Source: an uncultured delta proteobacterium (lineage in GTDB: Bacteria > Desulfobacterota > RBG-13-43-22). From it: a stretch of 64,000 bases of DNA. Of the stretch, positions 49,169 to 58,309 are shown in pieces. Both the position numbers and the translations under genes were made by a program. The DNA lies in assembly GCA_963790475.1 (NCBI GenBank), contig CAWBOS010000012.1, positions 672,001-736,000 of the forward strand. Direction: 5' to 3'. Position 1 is the first letter of the stretch, and every line of letters starts with the position of its first letter. Below the pieces are notes generated by a model. That model saw only the letters and a list, made by a program, of their open reading frames with translations. It ran no database searches and was not told the DNA's origin.

Positions 49169-50343
49169 GAATTATGATCCTTTTTTTGCGGAAGCAAAAT
49201 ACTGATCCCCGCTCCGTGTTCCATTCTGTAAAGAGAGATCTTACCATCATGCGCCGTCACTATCTTCTTTGCCAAATATAGCCCCAGACCCATACCTCTT
49301 GAACGGAAAGTGATAAAAGGATCGAATAGGGTGTCGAAATCAGCGCCCTCTGGAAACCCAGCACCGTTATCCTTTAATTGAATTTTTGTCGAAGCATTAT
49401 CTTCTGCCTGAATAGTGCAGACCTTTAGCTGGATTTTATCCGCGCCAGCCTCCCAGCTGTTCCTTAAAAGATTGTCAAGAAGCAGTTCCAGGTAAAACTT
49501 ATCACCATAAACTTCTACAGGAAGGGGAACGTGTAATTGCAGAGAGTATTTTGAAGCCACTTCGGTGATAAGTGGGGTAAGGGGTACCCATTCTTCGTTA
49601 CCGATTTCTATCTCTTTTCCATAGACCAGAAGGCTGTTTATAAGCTGCTGAGCCCGGCCAAGCTCTTCTTTTGCCAATGTTATGAAACGATCAGTGAACT
49701 TTTTATCCCGGATGCGTGCAGGCAGGATTTGGACCAGGTTCGATATGGTAGCAATAGGGGTTTTTATTTCATGGGCAAGGGTGGCCACCATACGTCCTAT
49801 CAAAGCCAGCGCCTCGTGCTCCTCCAAAACCTTCTTGAACTCTGCTTGTTTAACTTCAAACTGTTGATGCATGGCAAGAGCCTGTTTCTTCTTTTCCATA
49901 AACAGGACTATGAAGGTAAACATAAAAATAGTTGTTATAAGGCCGTAAATCAGCTCTGGCGTGTCCAGGATAGCGAGCTCTCTCTCCAGAAATGAATTCA
50001 CAATGTAATAATCAAGCCGTTCTTTTCCCTCCTCATAGGTAAACAAGAAACTGAAATCCTTACTATTAGGTCTTGCATTTTGCTCCGGATTGACAGCAAT
50101 GATTTTGCCGCTCAGGACAGAAACAGAGAACTTCTTTATGAAAAGGAATACTTCTTCAGGCGTGGGAGCTTTGGCGGAATCTTTAAAAGAGGCGGCAACA
50201 TTTGTGATTTCTTGCCTTAGTTCATTCCGTAATCTTTTTTCGACTGCGATGTTTGCAATGCTGTCTATCAGGAGGGTGACTATTATTCCGGTTAACAATG
50301 CAGCCAGAAGATATAAGATGGGACGGAACAATTGTTTCAGCAT
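49165..50343 (-). CDS. Sensor histidine kinase
   Basis: Two TMs, LAHEIKTP H-box, NLLRNS, DNGAG, GMGLGL; start reassigned to ATG 50343. Confidence 0.9.
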   Translation of the reverse strand: MLKQLFRPILYLLAALLTGIIVTLLIDSIANIAVEKRLRNELRQEITNVAASFKDSAKAPTPEEVFLFIKKFSVSVLSGKIIAVNPEQNARPNSKDFSFLFTYEEGKERLDYYIVNSFLERELAILDTPELIYGLITTIFMFTFIVLFMEKKKQALAMHQQFEVKQAEFKKVLEEHEALALIGRMVATLAHEIKTPIATISNLVQILPARIRDKKFTDRFITLAKEELGRAQQLINSLLVYGKEIEIGNEEWVPLTPLITEVASKYSLQLHVPLPVEVYGDKFYLELLLDNLLRNSWEAGADKIQLKVCTIQAEDNASTKIQLKDNGAGFPEGADFDTLFDPFITFRSRGMGLGLYLAKKIVTAHDGKISLYRMEHGAGISILLPQKKDHNS

Positions 50344-50775
50344 AGATGGAATCTTTACATGTTTTTTGATAGTATTGGCTTTGGAAATCCGTCTTATTTT
50401 TGCTAATCCTGGAGAGGGCCGGTTCTCCCACCAACTTCTCCAGGCATGAATTTTCCTCTCCTGGTTCCTTGATTTTTCAAGCTGCCGCATTGTATCATAT
50501 AAGCCGTATCAAATCAAAAACTCAGTGGCGGTAATAATAGTTGTCTTTCTCATTCCCGGCCCTTTATAAAGCCCCTTTAAAAAATACAGTCTGTTAAACG
50601 AAAAAATACTGTCTTTCAAACATTTATCTTTTGCTTCTTATTCCCCCATGATAAAAGGAATTTATTCTGAAATAAATCCAAACGAGGACTGAATTAACGG
50701 GCCTCGGGCAAGAGTTAAAAGACATAGGCTTGATAACGATTTCACTTAACTATTGAGAAAGGTGGGAAAAACCTA

Positions 50776-51456
50776 ATGAAGAACTGGAAAAATCAGTGCT
50801 GCCTATTCCTATTCCTGTTGTTGTTCATCCCATTTCCCTTATATTCAGCAGAAACCGCGCTTTCTTCAGATGGTAATCTTCCAGATAGACTGGAAGATGG
50901 GGCATTTTCAAAAAAGCCGGGGATCTTTCTTTCCGGAGTCGGACAGGGATTTCGCACCGGAACAAAAGTAGTGGGCTTATCCGTCGGGGTAACTGAGGGC
51001 TTAGTGATATTAGGTAGCACCTCGCGACATGATCTGGCACTGGTCTCAGTCTCGTATGGTCAAATGATCGGAAAGGTTAAAGGAATTGACAAATGGTATC
51101 AGGGCAACTGGGAGCTCCGGGCGGAATTATTCGGAGGGGCTCAGTTTAATCCGGACACCCGCTCACTCTTCGGAGTGACTCCGCATTTACGATACAATTT
51201 TGCAACAGGCACCCGCTTTATTCCTTATATCGACGTGGGCGCAGGTGTGTCTCTCACGGAAATTCGAGAACCGGACCTAGGCGGCGCTTTCGAGTTTAAT
51301 TTGCAAGCAATCACCGGAATGAATTATTTTGTGCAAGACAACCTGAGCCTCAATTTCGCCATACAATATCTTCACCTCTCGTCGGCTGAAATTTACAAAC
51401 CAAATAATGGCGTAAATACCTTAGGCTGTTTCCTGGGTGTCCAATGGTATTTCTAG
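50776..51456 (+). CDS. PagL-like lipid A 3-O-deacylase / acyloxyacyl hydrolase beta-barrel
   Basis: Signal peptide, PYIDVGAG, FEFNLQ, YLHLSSA..PNNGVN, terminal WYF. Confidence 0.8.
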   Translation: MKNWKNQCCLFLFLLLFIPFPLYSAETALSSDGNLPDRLEDGAFSKKPGIFLSGVGQGFRTGTKVVGLSVGVTEGLVILGSTSRHDLALVSVSYGQMIGKVKGIDKWYQGNWELRAELFGGAQFNPDTRSLFGVTPHLRYNFATGTRFIPYIDVGAGVSLTEIREPDLGGAFEFNLQAITGMNYFVQDNLSLNFAIQYLHLSSAEIYKPNNGVNTLGCFLGVQWYF

Positions 51457-51517
51457 ACTCGATTTGATTTTCTACTAGAGGTCTATTCTACCTATAAATT
51501 AAAGAGTCGTTCGTAAA

Positions 51518-51793
51518 ATGATTTTATTCATGGGAAAAAGACTACAAAAAATCATGGGGCTTGAAGCAGATGAAAGAGAAATAGCCCTAAGAGAATATGG
51601 TCAAGAATTAGGTTGTAGTCTTTCTGTAAGTTAGTCATCTAATGACGAACATCTTGAGGAAGATATTGTTAGGAGAATCCAGGAACCAATGAAGAGTATT
51701 CGGAAGTCGAGGCTATGGTTACTTGCCTTTATTTTAACCATTGTAATTTATGCCGGCACCTTTGTTTTATGGTTTATTTTATGGAGTCATTAA
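51518..51793 (+). pseudogene. Small membrane-protein ORF interrupted by an in-frame TAG
   Basis: MILFMGKRLQK..GCSLSVS*SSNDEHLEEDIVRRIQE..LWLLAFILTIVIYAGTFVLWFILWSH; TAG at 51632-51634. Confidence 0.5.
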
Positions 51794-52121
51794 ATGTTCC
51801 TGACGATTTAAATGTTGATTCCTCCGATTTCAATTCTTCGTCTTCGCTTTATTGATTGCGATCTGTTTCTTGGGCGTCAGTTGAACTAATGCTGAATGGA
51901 TAAGGTTGCCAATCCAAAACCGGGAAATAAGAAATCCCTGATACAAATATTTGTGGTTTGGATCTTATGTAACAATCATGTTAGACTATAGAGAAAATGG
52001 TTCGGGATAGAGCCTGTCTCAATGCTATAGAGGTACTATAATAACGGTTCTCGGAGAATTCGTCAAAGAGAGAATCTGGATACCAACCCGGTGGCCTTGA
52101 CATGGCTACACCCCGATCGCT

Positions 52122-53399
52122 CTAAGAAAATTTATGCTCCAGGTTCATTACATCCCGGTAGGGAATGACCCCTTGAATCACATCATTTTTATCAGTTACC
52201 GGGATAGCCCGGAATCCATATCGGGTAAACATCTCCGACGCCTTGGCGATGTTGTCTGTGGAGTCGAGGCAGATAACCTGGGTGTTCATTACCTCTTTCA
52301 GTTTATCAGAGGGTTCGGCCATCAAGAGATCCTGCGTCCCGAGAACGCCGACAAGTTTGTTGTCCCCATCAATCACAAAAACGTAATTGGTCACATCCAT
52401 CTCCGGGGCGAGATTGTGATAAAGTTCAATCACCTCGGAGATGGTGTCGTCTGGACGGGCCGAGATGAAGTCGGATGTCGCCAGATTGGTTATAGTATCC
52501 AGTTGTTTTTCAAGCAATGTTTTGATCTTCTCCGATTCTTCATGCTCCATCAGGTTGAGGATTTCATCAGCCTCCGAGGCGGGCAGGACCGACAGGACGT
52601 CGGCAGCCTGGGCCGGCGTCATCTCATCGATCAGATCGGCGGCCTTCTCTTTGCTCATGGATGAGATAAGACTTCGCTGCACCCGGGGCTCTATCTCTTC
52701 CAGGGTGTCCGAGGCATGTTCCGTCTCCAACTCATTAAAGATGGCGGTCCGCTGCCCATCATCCAGCTCCTCCAGGATGTCCGCCAAATCCACCGGATGG
52801 ATCTCCGGCAGTTTTTCCTTCAAGACGTTAAGCTTGACGTTTCCCTTAAAGCTTCCGATATGCTCCGGCAGACGTTGCACATAGGCCCAGGAAAGAGTTT
52901 CCTTTTTGAATATCTCCGCCAGACTATATATCATTTTGGCTATTGGAGCCAGGCCCAGTCTTTTCAGAAGTCCATACCGGCTGAAGTCCACATCGGTTAC
53001 AAAGAGTCGACCATAACGCAGTACTAACTTTACGTCGTAGACCACGTCGATGTCATTATCGTCCATATCGATGACCTTCTTGTCCAGGATATGGTCATTG
53101 AGAAGGACCTGATGTTCTTCCGGTTCACCTTCATATTTTTCCGGTGATTCGATGTCGATGGTTACGGATTTCTTGCCGATCTCCCTGATCCTCTCCCAGG
53201 GAACCAACAAGGGCTTGTATCCGAATGGGCGGCTGATTATGAAATGGGTCGCTTCGGGAATTTTATCATGCTCGACAATGGCGATGTCCTGTAATTTGCC
53301 TATTTTTTTTCCTTTGGAAATCACTTTGGTATGGATGATATCGCTAAGGAAATAGACGGATTCATTGGCCTCCGGTCCCCTGGAAATAAAGGAATTCAT
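52122..53399 (-). CDS. Soluble MgtE-like protein (PRC barrels, MgtE N-domain, CBS pair), no TM domain
   Basis: GKKIGKLQDI and DKKVIDMD PRC repeats, IHPVDLADILEEL, C-terminal CBS pair (YGFRAIPVTD). Confidence 0.88.
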   Translation of the reverse strand: MNSFISRGPEANESVYFLSDIIHTKVISKGKKIGKLQDIAIVEHDKIPEATHFIISRPFGYKPLLVPWERIREIGKKSVTIDIESPEKYEGEPEEHQVLLNDHILDKKVIDMDDNDIDVVYDVKLVLRYGRLFVTDVDFSRYGLLKRLGLAPIAKMIYSLAEIFKKETLSWAYVQRLPEHIGSFKGNVKLNVLKEKLPEIHPVDLADILEELDDGQRTAIFNELETEHASDTLEEIEPRVQRSLISSMSKEKAADLIDEMTPAQAADVLSVLPASEADEILNLMEHEESEKIKTLLEKQLDTITNLATSDFISARPDDTISEVIELYHNLAPEMDVTNYVFVIDGDNKLVGVLGTQDLLMAEPSDKLKEVMNTQVICLDSTDNIAKASEMFTRYGFRAIPVTDKNDVIQGVIPYRDVMNLEHKFS

Positions 53400-53414
53400 G
53401 ATCGATGTCTCCTC

Positions 53415-53594
53415 TTACAACAAGGTAATGAATTTATAGATCAACAACCCGACGAGAAAGATCAGATAGAAGCGGAGGCAGAGAAGGGAAAACTTGACCG
53501 CTCCTGACATTTCTATGTTGGGGGTGGCGTACTTCTTGTTTATGTCGCGGACCTTCGCATAATTGTGGCTGATGAAATTCCTGATCGGTGTCAT
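53415..53594 (-). CDS. 59-aa small membrane protein (absent from the ORF track)
   Basis: SD GAAAGGAG; MTPIRNFISHNYAKVRDINKKYATPNIEMSGAVKFSLLCLRFYLIFLVGLLIYKFITLL; fills the gap between operon genes. Confidence 0.8.
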   Translation of the reverse strand: MTPIRNFISHNYAKVRDINKKYATPNIEMSGAVKFSLLCLRFYLIFLVGLLIYKFITLL

Positions 53595-53609
53595 GACAAT
53601 TCTCCTTTC

Positions 53610-54878
53610 CTATCTGAACATGTTCGGAAACAAAGTACTGATTCCGTACAAAGTGGACAAGATGACGATAATGACAACAATCACCGTGGTGATGGTATTT
53701 TGCCAGAGGGTATTGGTGTACTCACCCATAGTCTTTTTGTTGTTTAAAAGCAGGATCAGGAAGACCAGGGCCGCCGGCAGGAGCGTGACGGCGATGACCT
53801 GGACGAACAGGGTGATCAACACCAGCGGGGCCTTGGGAATGAGGACGACGAGGCCGGCCGTTATCAGGGTGAAGAAATAGTTGGCGTAAAACCAAGGGGC
53901 CTCTTTTATCTTGTTGTTTAGGGAGTGGGCCCAGCCGAAGACCTCTCCGAAGGCCCAGGAACTGGCCAGGGAGATGCAGATCGCTCCGAGAAGACCGGCA
54001 TCGAATAATCCTATGGCCATGAAGGTGCCGACATAATGATTGCTTTTCATCAGTATTTGCGAAGCCTGGGCGGCGTCATCGATGGTGACCCCCTTTAAGA
54101 CCGTGGCAGTGACCACCAAAATGAAGATGGCAACCAGCACGGTCATGATCGAGCCGACTAAGGTGTCGATTTTCCCCCAGGGGATATCTTTTTCCTTCAT
54201 GGCCTTGTCAACCACGGCGCTTTGCTGGAAGAAGAGCATCCAAGGAGCGATGGTCGTCCCGATATTGGCCATTAGAAAGAAGAACAACTCATTATGGAAA
54301 CCGCCCGGGAAATTGGGGATCAAACCCGTATGGATGATCTGCGACACTGACGGTTTAACCAGAAAGGCCCCAGGTATATAAATAAGGTTGACGGCACAGA
54401 AGAAAAGAGCGATTTTTTCCCAGGTCCAGTAACGGCCGTGGAGGACCAATATACCCATAAACACACATACGATTGTGACCGTAATGATTGGTGGGATGCC
54501 AAAGATCCTCATGGCCGAAGTCATGCCGATGAACTCGGTTACCAAGGTGAGCCAATTGACCAGAATCAGGTCGAGAAGCGAAAACCATCCCCAGAAAGGA
54601 CCGAACCCGGCGAAGATGGCCTCCGCATGTCCCCTTTTGGTAACGGCGCCCAGGCGAACGGTCATTTCCTGCACGTAATAGGCCACTGGCACAAGAATAA
54701 TCAGAAACCATATGAGATTATAACCGAACTTGGCCCCGGTGGCGGCATAAGTCGTGATCCCGCCGGCGTCATTATCCGCCACCATGACCACGATTCCCGG
54801 ACCAGCCAGCATGAAGTAAAGCATGATCGCCTTCCATACCCGACGAAAGACGTAATATAGTTTGGAAAGATTAAGCAT
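53610..54878 (-). CDS. NRAMP-related divalent cation (probably Mg2+) transporter
   Basis: GPG..ADNDAGGITTY, QEMTVRLG, NIGTTIAPWMLFFQQS; downstream of an M-box riboswitch. Confidence 0.9.
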   Translation of the reverse strand: MLNLSKLYYVFRRVWKAIMLYFMLAGPGIVVMVADNDAGGITTYAATGAKFGYNLIWFLIILVPVAYYVQEMTVRLGAVTKRGHAEAIFAGFGPFWGWFSLLDLILVNWLTLVTEFIGMTSAMRIFGIPPIITVTIVCVFMGILVLHGRYWTWEKIALFFCAVNLIYIPGAFLVKPSVSQIIHTGLIPNFPGGFHNELFFFLMANIGTTIAPWMLFFQQSAVVDKAMKEKDIPWGKIDTLVGSIMTVLVAIFILVVTATVLKGVTIDDAAQASQILMKSNHYVGTFMAIGLFDAGLLGAICISLASSWAFGEVFGWAHSLNNKIKEAPWFYANYFFTLITAGLVVLIPKAPLVLITLFVQVIAVTLLPAALVFLILLLNNKKTMGEYTNTLWQNTITTVIVVIIVILSTLYGISTLFPNMFR

Positions 54879-54962
54879 CCTCAAACCCTCCGTTCACTCA
54901 TTCCAAAATCCAGTAAGACCCCCATAGGTGCGATTTTTCCATTGCCAGACTCTTATCTCACT

Positions 54963-56250
54963 TCAATCGCTAATTCGTAACCGTAGGGAATAAACGGTAA
55001 CGGGGCCTCTGTCCCGGTTAAACCCCGGGTTCTCGATATACTGGAAATCCGGGCTGAGTTGCACATAACGTCCGAGCTGGACGAGGTAGTAGACTTCGAA
55101 TATCTTCTCAGAACCGTAATTGAGCTTTCCGTCGCCGAGAAGCATACCGATGCCTCCTTCCGCCAGGTAGTCCCTGTGGACCCCGGATAACCCCTGTAGG
55201 GCCATGGCGAAACTTAGATGATCCCGGGTCCGGCCCCATTTGCGACCGCTTATCTGTAGGCCCGCAGATATGATGCGGTCAACCTCGGCGTAGGACCAGG
55301 CGGAGTTGGACCCATCGGCCCAACCGAGCCTGGCAAAGAAGCCTGTTTCACCTTCATCGGTAATGGGCTGCTCCAGATTTAAACCGAAGCCATATTTCAC
55401 ATGACCGGGACCATCGATGGCCGTCGTATCCGGGACGGTTCCTTGACGGTGGCCGATGTCGATGGCCTGCTGGAAGTCGCCCATGCGTCCCTCATTGCGG
55501 AAGGCAAGAAAACGGACCACCGTACCTCTGGTTCCCGGTTTCACGGTGAGCTCCAGGGCGGGATGAGATACCGGGCATAAAAACGGGCCAGGTAGGGATC
55601 CTGCCCCAGGTCCGCGGACCCGGCCCTGACGACATCCCCATTCATATTGCCCCCCAGGCCGAGGCCGTCGCCTATCCCGCTCCCCTTAAACATCTCGAGG
55701 TCAAGATAGAGCTGCAAGGATGGGCCGATCCGGGAACCCAGATAGATGCCGTAGGTATGGGTGAAACCCTGTCCTTTGCCCTGGTCGAACCTGAGGCTGT
55801 TATCTCCGGTGTAGGGGCTATTAAAATCGGGCATCTTTTGATAGATTCCAGTAAACTGGGCGCCGAGAAACTGCGGAAACCAGTCGGGCAGCCGTCCTTG
55901 TTGCTGCCCCGGCTGCTGTTCATTACTCGTATCGGCATAAGCCGAATAATTGACAAAAAGCAGTAGGACAAGGGCTACGGCGAAGCACTGGAACAGCGTT
56001 TCCAACAGTGAGACCGCCCTTTTTTTCATATAATCATCAAAAGGGACGGCTTGGGAACGGTCGAAAAAGCCTCGGGTTTCCAGAAAATCCGTAATATCCC
56101 GGCCCTTCGTAACCGCAGATTGATAGTGGATAAGCAGGCTGTCCGTGGTGCAATTAATGTCCACAGTTTCAATGCCCCCGATCAGGTTCAAGGCCTTCCT
56201 GATTTCGTCAGCGGCTGTGGGATTTCGTTTCAAGGTATCGCTTTTGATCC
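54963..56250 (-). pseudogene. Broken HMA2-like/OprB-type porin gene with internal deletion and frameshift
   Basis: HMA2-like start (RIKSDTLKRNP..TTDSLLIHY), porin N-part (QFTGIYQ..SPYTGDNSL..YLARFYARY) stops at 55541; C-part LELTVKPG..SPDFQYIENPGFNRDRGPV is in another frame; central barrel region appears missing. Confidence 0.75.
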
Positions 56251-56605
56251 TTCTTTATCAAAAAATGACGATTTCTGCCAAAAATATGGCCATTCGGGAA
56301 AGAATTAATATGAAAAGATTTTGTCTAAAAAAAGAGACGAAGAGCCTTAGGCGAAGGTATTGCAAGGTTATAAGAGGAAGAGAGATAGCCTGGGAAGAAA
56401 TCAGAACGCCTTGCACCCTTGGCTTACACCGCTAAGAGGTCGTGGAAGAAGCGGGCAGGTGAGGTGATAGGGAAGAAATGCAGAAACTATCGAATCACGG
56501 ACGCAACTCCCACAACATAGTGTGAGACTCCCCCCTACTTGGGGGTTGGTCGTCGTTTTCTTTCATAGACTCTGTCTCCAAAAAGGTTATCTGGTAAGGC
56601 CGGGG

Positions 56606-56653
56606 TAAAAATAAAAAAGCCCTTTCCCTCAGCCAGTGAGCAGAGAAAGGGCC
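56606..56653 (-). terminator. Intrinsic terminator, expression platform of the M-box
   Basis: Minus strand GCCCTTTCTCT..AGGGAAAGGGC followed by TTTTTTATTTTT. Confidence 0.75.
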
Positions 56654-56695
56654 CAACAACCCGAAACCCGCAATGGCTCCGGCTAAACCTCAAAT

Positions 56696-56864
56696 TCCCC
56701 GCTCGTTCAAGTTTTAGCACCGCGTACCGTAAGAGGCTTTCGCCTCAGCCACCTTAAGCAAGCCCTTAATCCGGGAATGCCTGTTCTACCCTAATGCGCC
56801 GCATCTTTGGATGCTTTTGGGCAGTGGCCTGTGTGTTACTCGGGAGCCTCACCTACCGAGGACT
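56696..56864 (-). ncRNA. M-box (ykoK) Mg2+-sensing riboswitch
   Basis: Minus strand CTCGGTAGGTGAGGCTCC..CACTGCCCAAAAGCATCCAAAGATGC..GGGTAGAACAG..TTAAG..GTGCTAAAACTTGAACGAG matches the ykoK consensus; upstream of Mg transport genes. Confidence 0.92.
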
Positions 56865-56894
56865 AACTTCATCCTAAATACAAAAATCAAGGCT

Positions 56895-56923
56895 AAGGTA
56901 AACTCTTGATCGACCCTTGTCAA
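56895..56923 (-). promoter_or_regulatory. Sigma-70 promoter of the M-box operon
   Basis: Minus strand TTGACA (56923-56918), 17 nt, TACCTT (56900-56895). Confidence 0.6.
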
Positions 56924-57103
56924 GATTTTTTTGACTTGAAAAAGATAAAAAGATCAAAATTGAGTTGACAAAGGTGAAAAAAACCTTACTGTTTTTTAGC
57001 AAATATTCCAGACAATTATTTGCAGGTTGAAAGTTAGTTTAACCTTGAGTTCCAGATCAGGGAATTTAAAAACTTCAAAATATAATAGTCATAAGGAAGA
57101 CCT

Positions 57104-58300
57104 ATGGACGAAAATTCTACAACTCTCAATCAACGTAAAAAAAAGGGGATTATAATCCTTGGAATTATAGGGATCATTGGTCTGATTGTCGGGATTTTTT
57201 ATTATCGCTATTCCCAAACCCATATTTCCACGGACGATGCTTATGTGACCGGCTCCATTTATTCCTTAAGTTTTCGCGTACCAGGGTCCGTAGCGAAAGT
57301 AATGGTCCATGACAATCAACTGGTGGAAGAAGGCCAGGTCATCGCCACCTTGGATCCCACCGATTATGAGGTGGCTTTTAAACAGGCCCAGGCCAACCTG
57401 GATTCGGTTAAAGCCCGCTGGATTTCAGCCCAAATCGGGGTTCCTTTGGAATCGGAACAGACTCAATCCCGGATCAGAGAGTCTACCGCCGGGAAAGGGG
57501 CCATTGAAAAAACGTTGTCGGAAGCCCGAGAACAACTAAAAAGAGCTCAGGAAGAGACCAAGGCCCTCAAAGCGATTCAGGACAAGGCCACCCTCGATCG
57601 GGATCGTTTTGACACCCTGTTTAAGACGCATGCGATCTCCAAACAACAATTTGATGATGCCTTAACCCAATACCAAGTGGCTGAGGCCCACTATAAAGCC
57701 GCTCTGGCGGGGGAGGAGGCCCTTCGAAAGAACCTCGAATCCCTGAAGGATCAAATCACCCGGGCCGACGCCCAGTTGACTCTGGCCCACACCGGTAAGC
57801 AATCGGTTAAGATCAGACAACAAATGGCCAAAGCGGCCAAATCGGATTTGGTCTTGGCCGAAGCCCGGCTGGAACAAGCCCGTCTGCAGTTATCCTATAC
57901 TCAGATCAAGGCCCCGGCTAAAGGATACATCACAAAAAAGAATGTTGAAGTCGGAAATCAGATTCAGGCCGGTCAACCGCTTGCTGCCCTGGTCCCTTTG
58001 GAACATCTATGGATCGTGGCCAACTATAAAGAAACCCAGCTAGCCAGGGTCAAAGCCGGTCAGAAGGTTGAAATCAAAGCGGATACCTTTCCCGGGAAAA
58101 AAATTAAGGGCCGGGTGCAGAGCCTTATGGCCGGGACCGGCTCGGCTTTTTCGCTGTTCCCGCCGGAAAATGCAACGGGAAATTATGTAAAAATCGTTCA
58201 ACGACTTCCGGTCAAAATCATACTGGATGAAGGGCAGGAAAATCTTCCCCTGCTTAGAGTCGGGATGTCCGTCGTCCCAACAATCCTGATCGAAAATTAA
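57104..58300 (+). CDS. emrA: EmrA/HlyD-family membrane fusion protein
   Basis: STDDAYV, YTQIKAP, WIVANYKETQL, GTGSAFSLFPPENATGNYVKIVQRLPV. Confidence 0.92.
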   Translation: MDENSTTLNQRKKKGIIILGIIGIIGLIVGIFYYRYSQTHISTDDAYVTGSIYSLSFRVPGSVAKVMVHDNQLVEEGQVIATLDPTDYEVAFKQAQANLDSVKARWISAQIGVPLESEQTQSRIRESTAGKGAIEKTLSEAREQLKRAQEETKALKAIQDKATLDRDRFDTLFKTHAISKQQFDDALTQYQVAEAHYKAALAGEEALRKNLESLKDQITRADAQLTLAHTGKQSVKIRQQMAKAAKSDLVLAEARLEQARLQLSYTQIKAPAKGYITKKNVEVGNQIQAGQPLAALVPLEHLWIVANYKETQLARVKAGQKVEIKADTFPGKKIKGRVQSLMAGTGSAFSLFPPENATGNYVKIVQRLPVKIILDEGQENLPLLRVGMSVVPTILIEN

Positions 58301-58309
58301 GTCCCTGGT

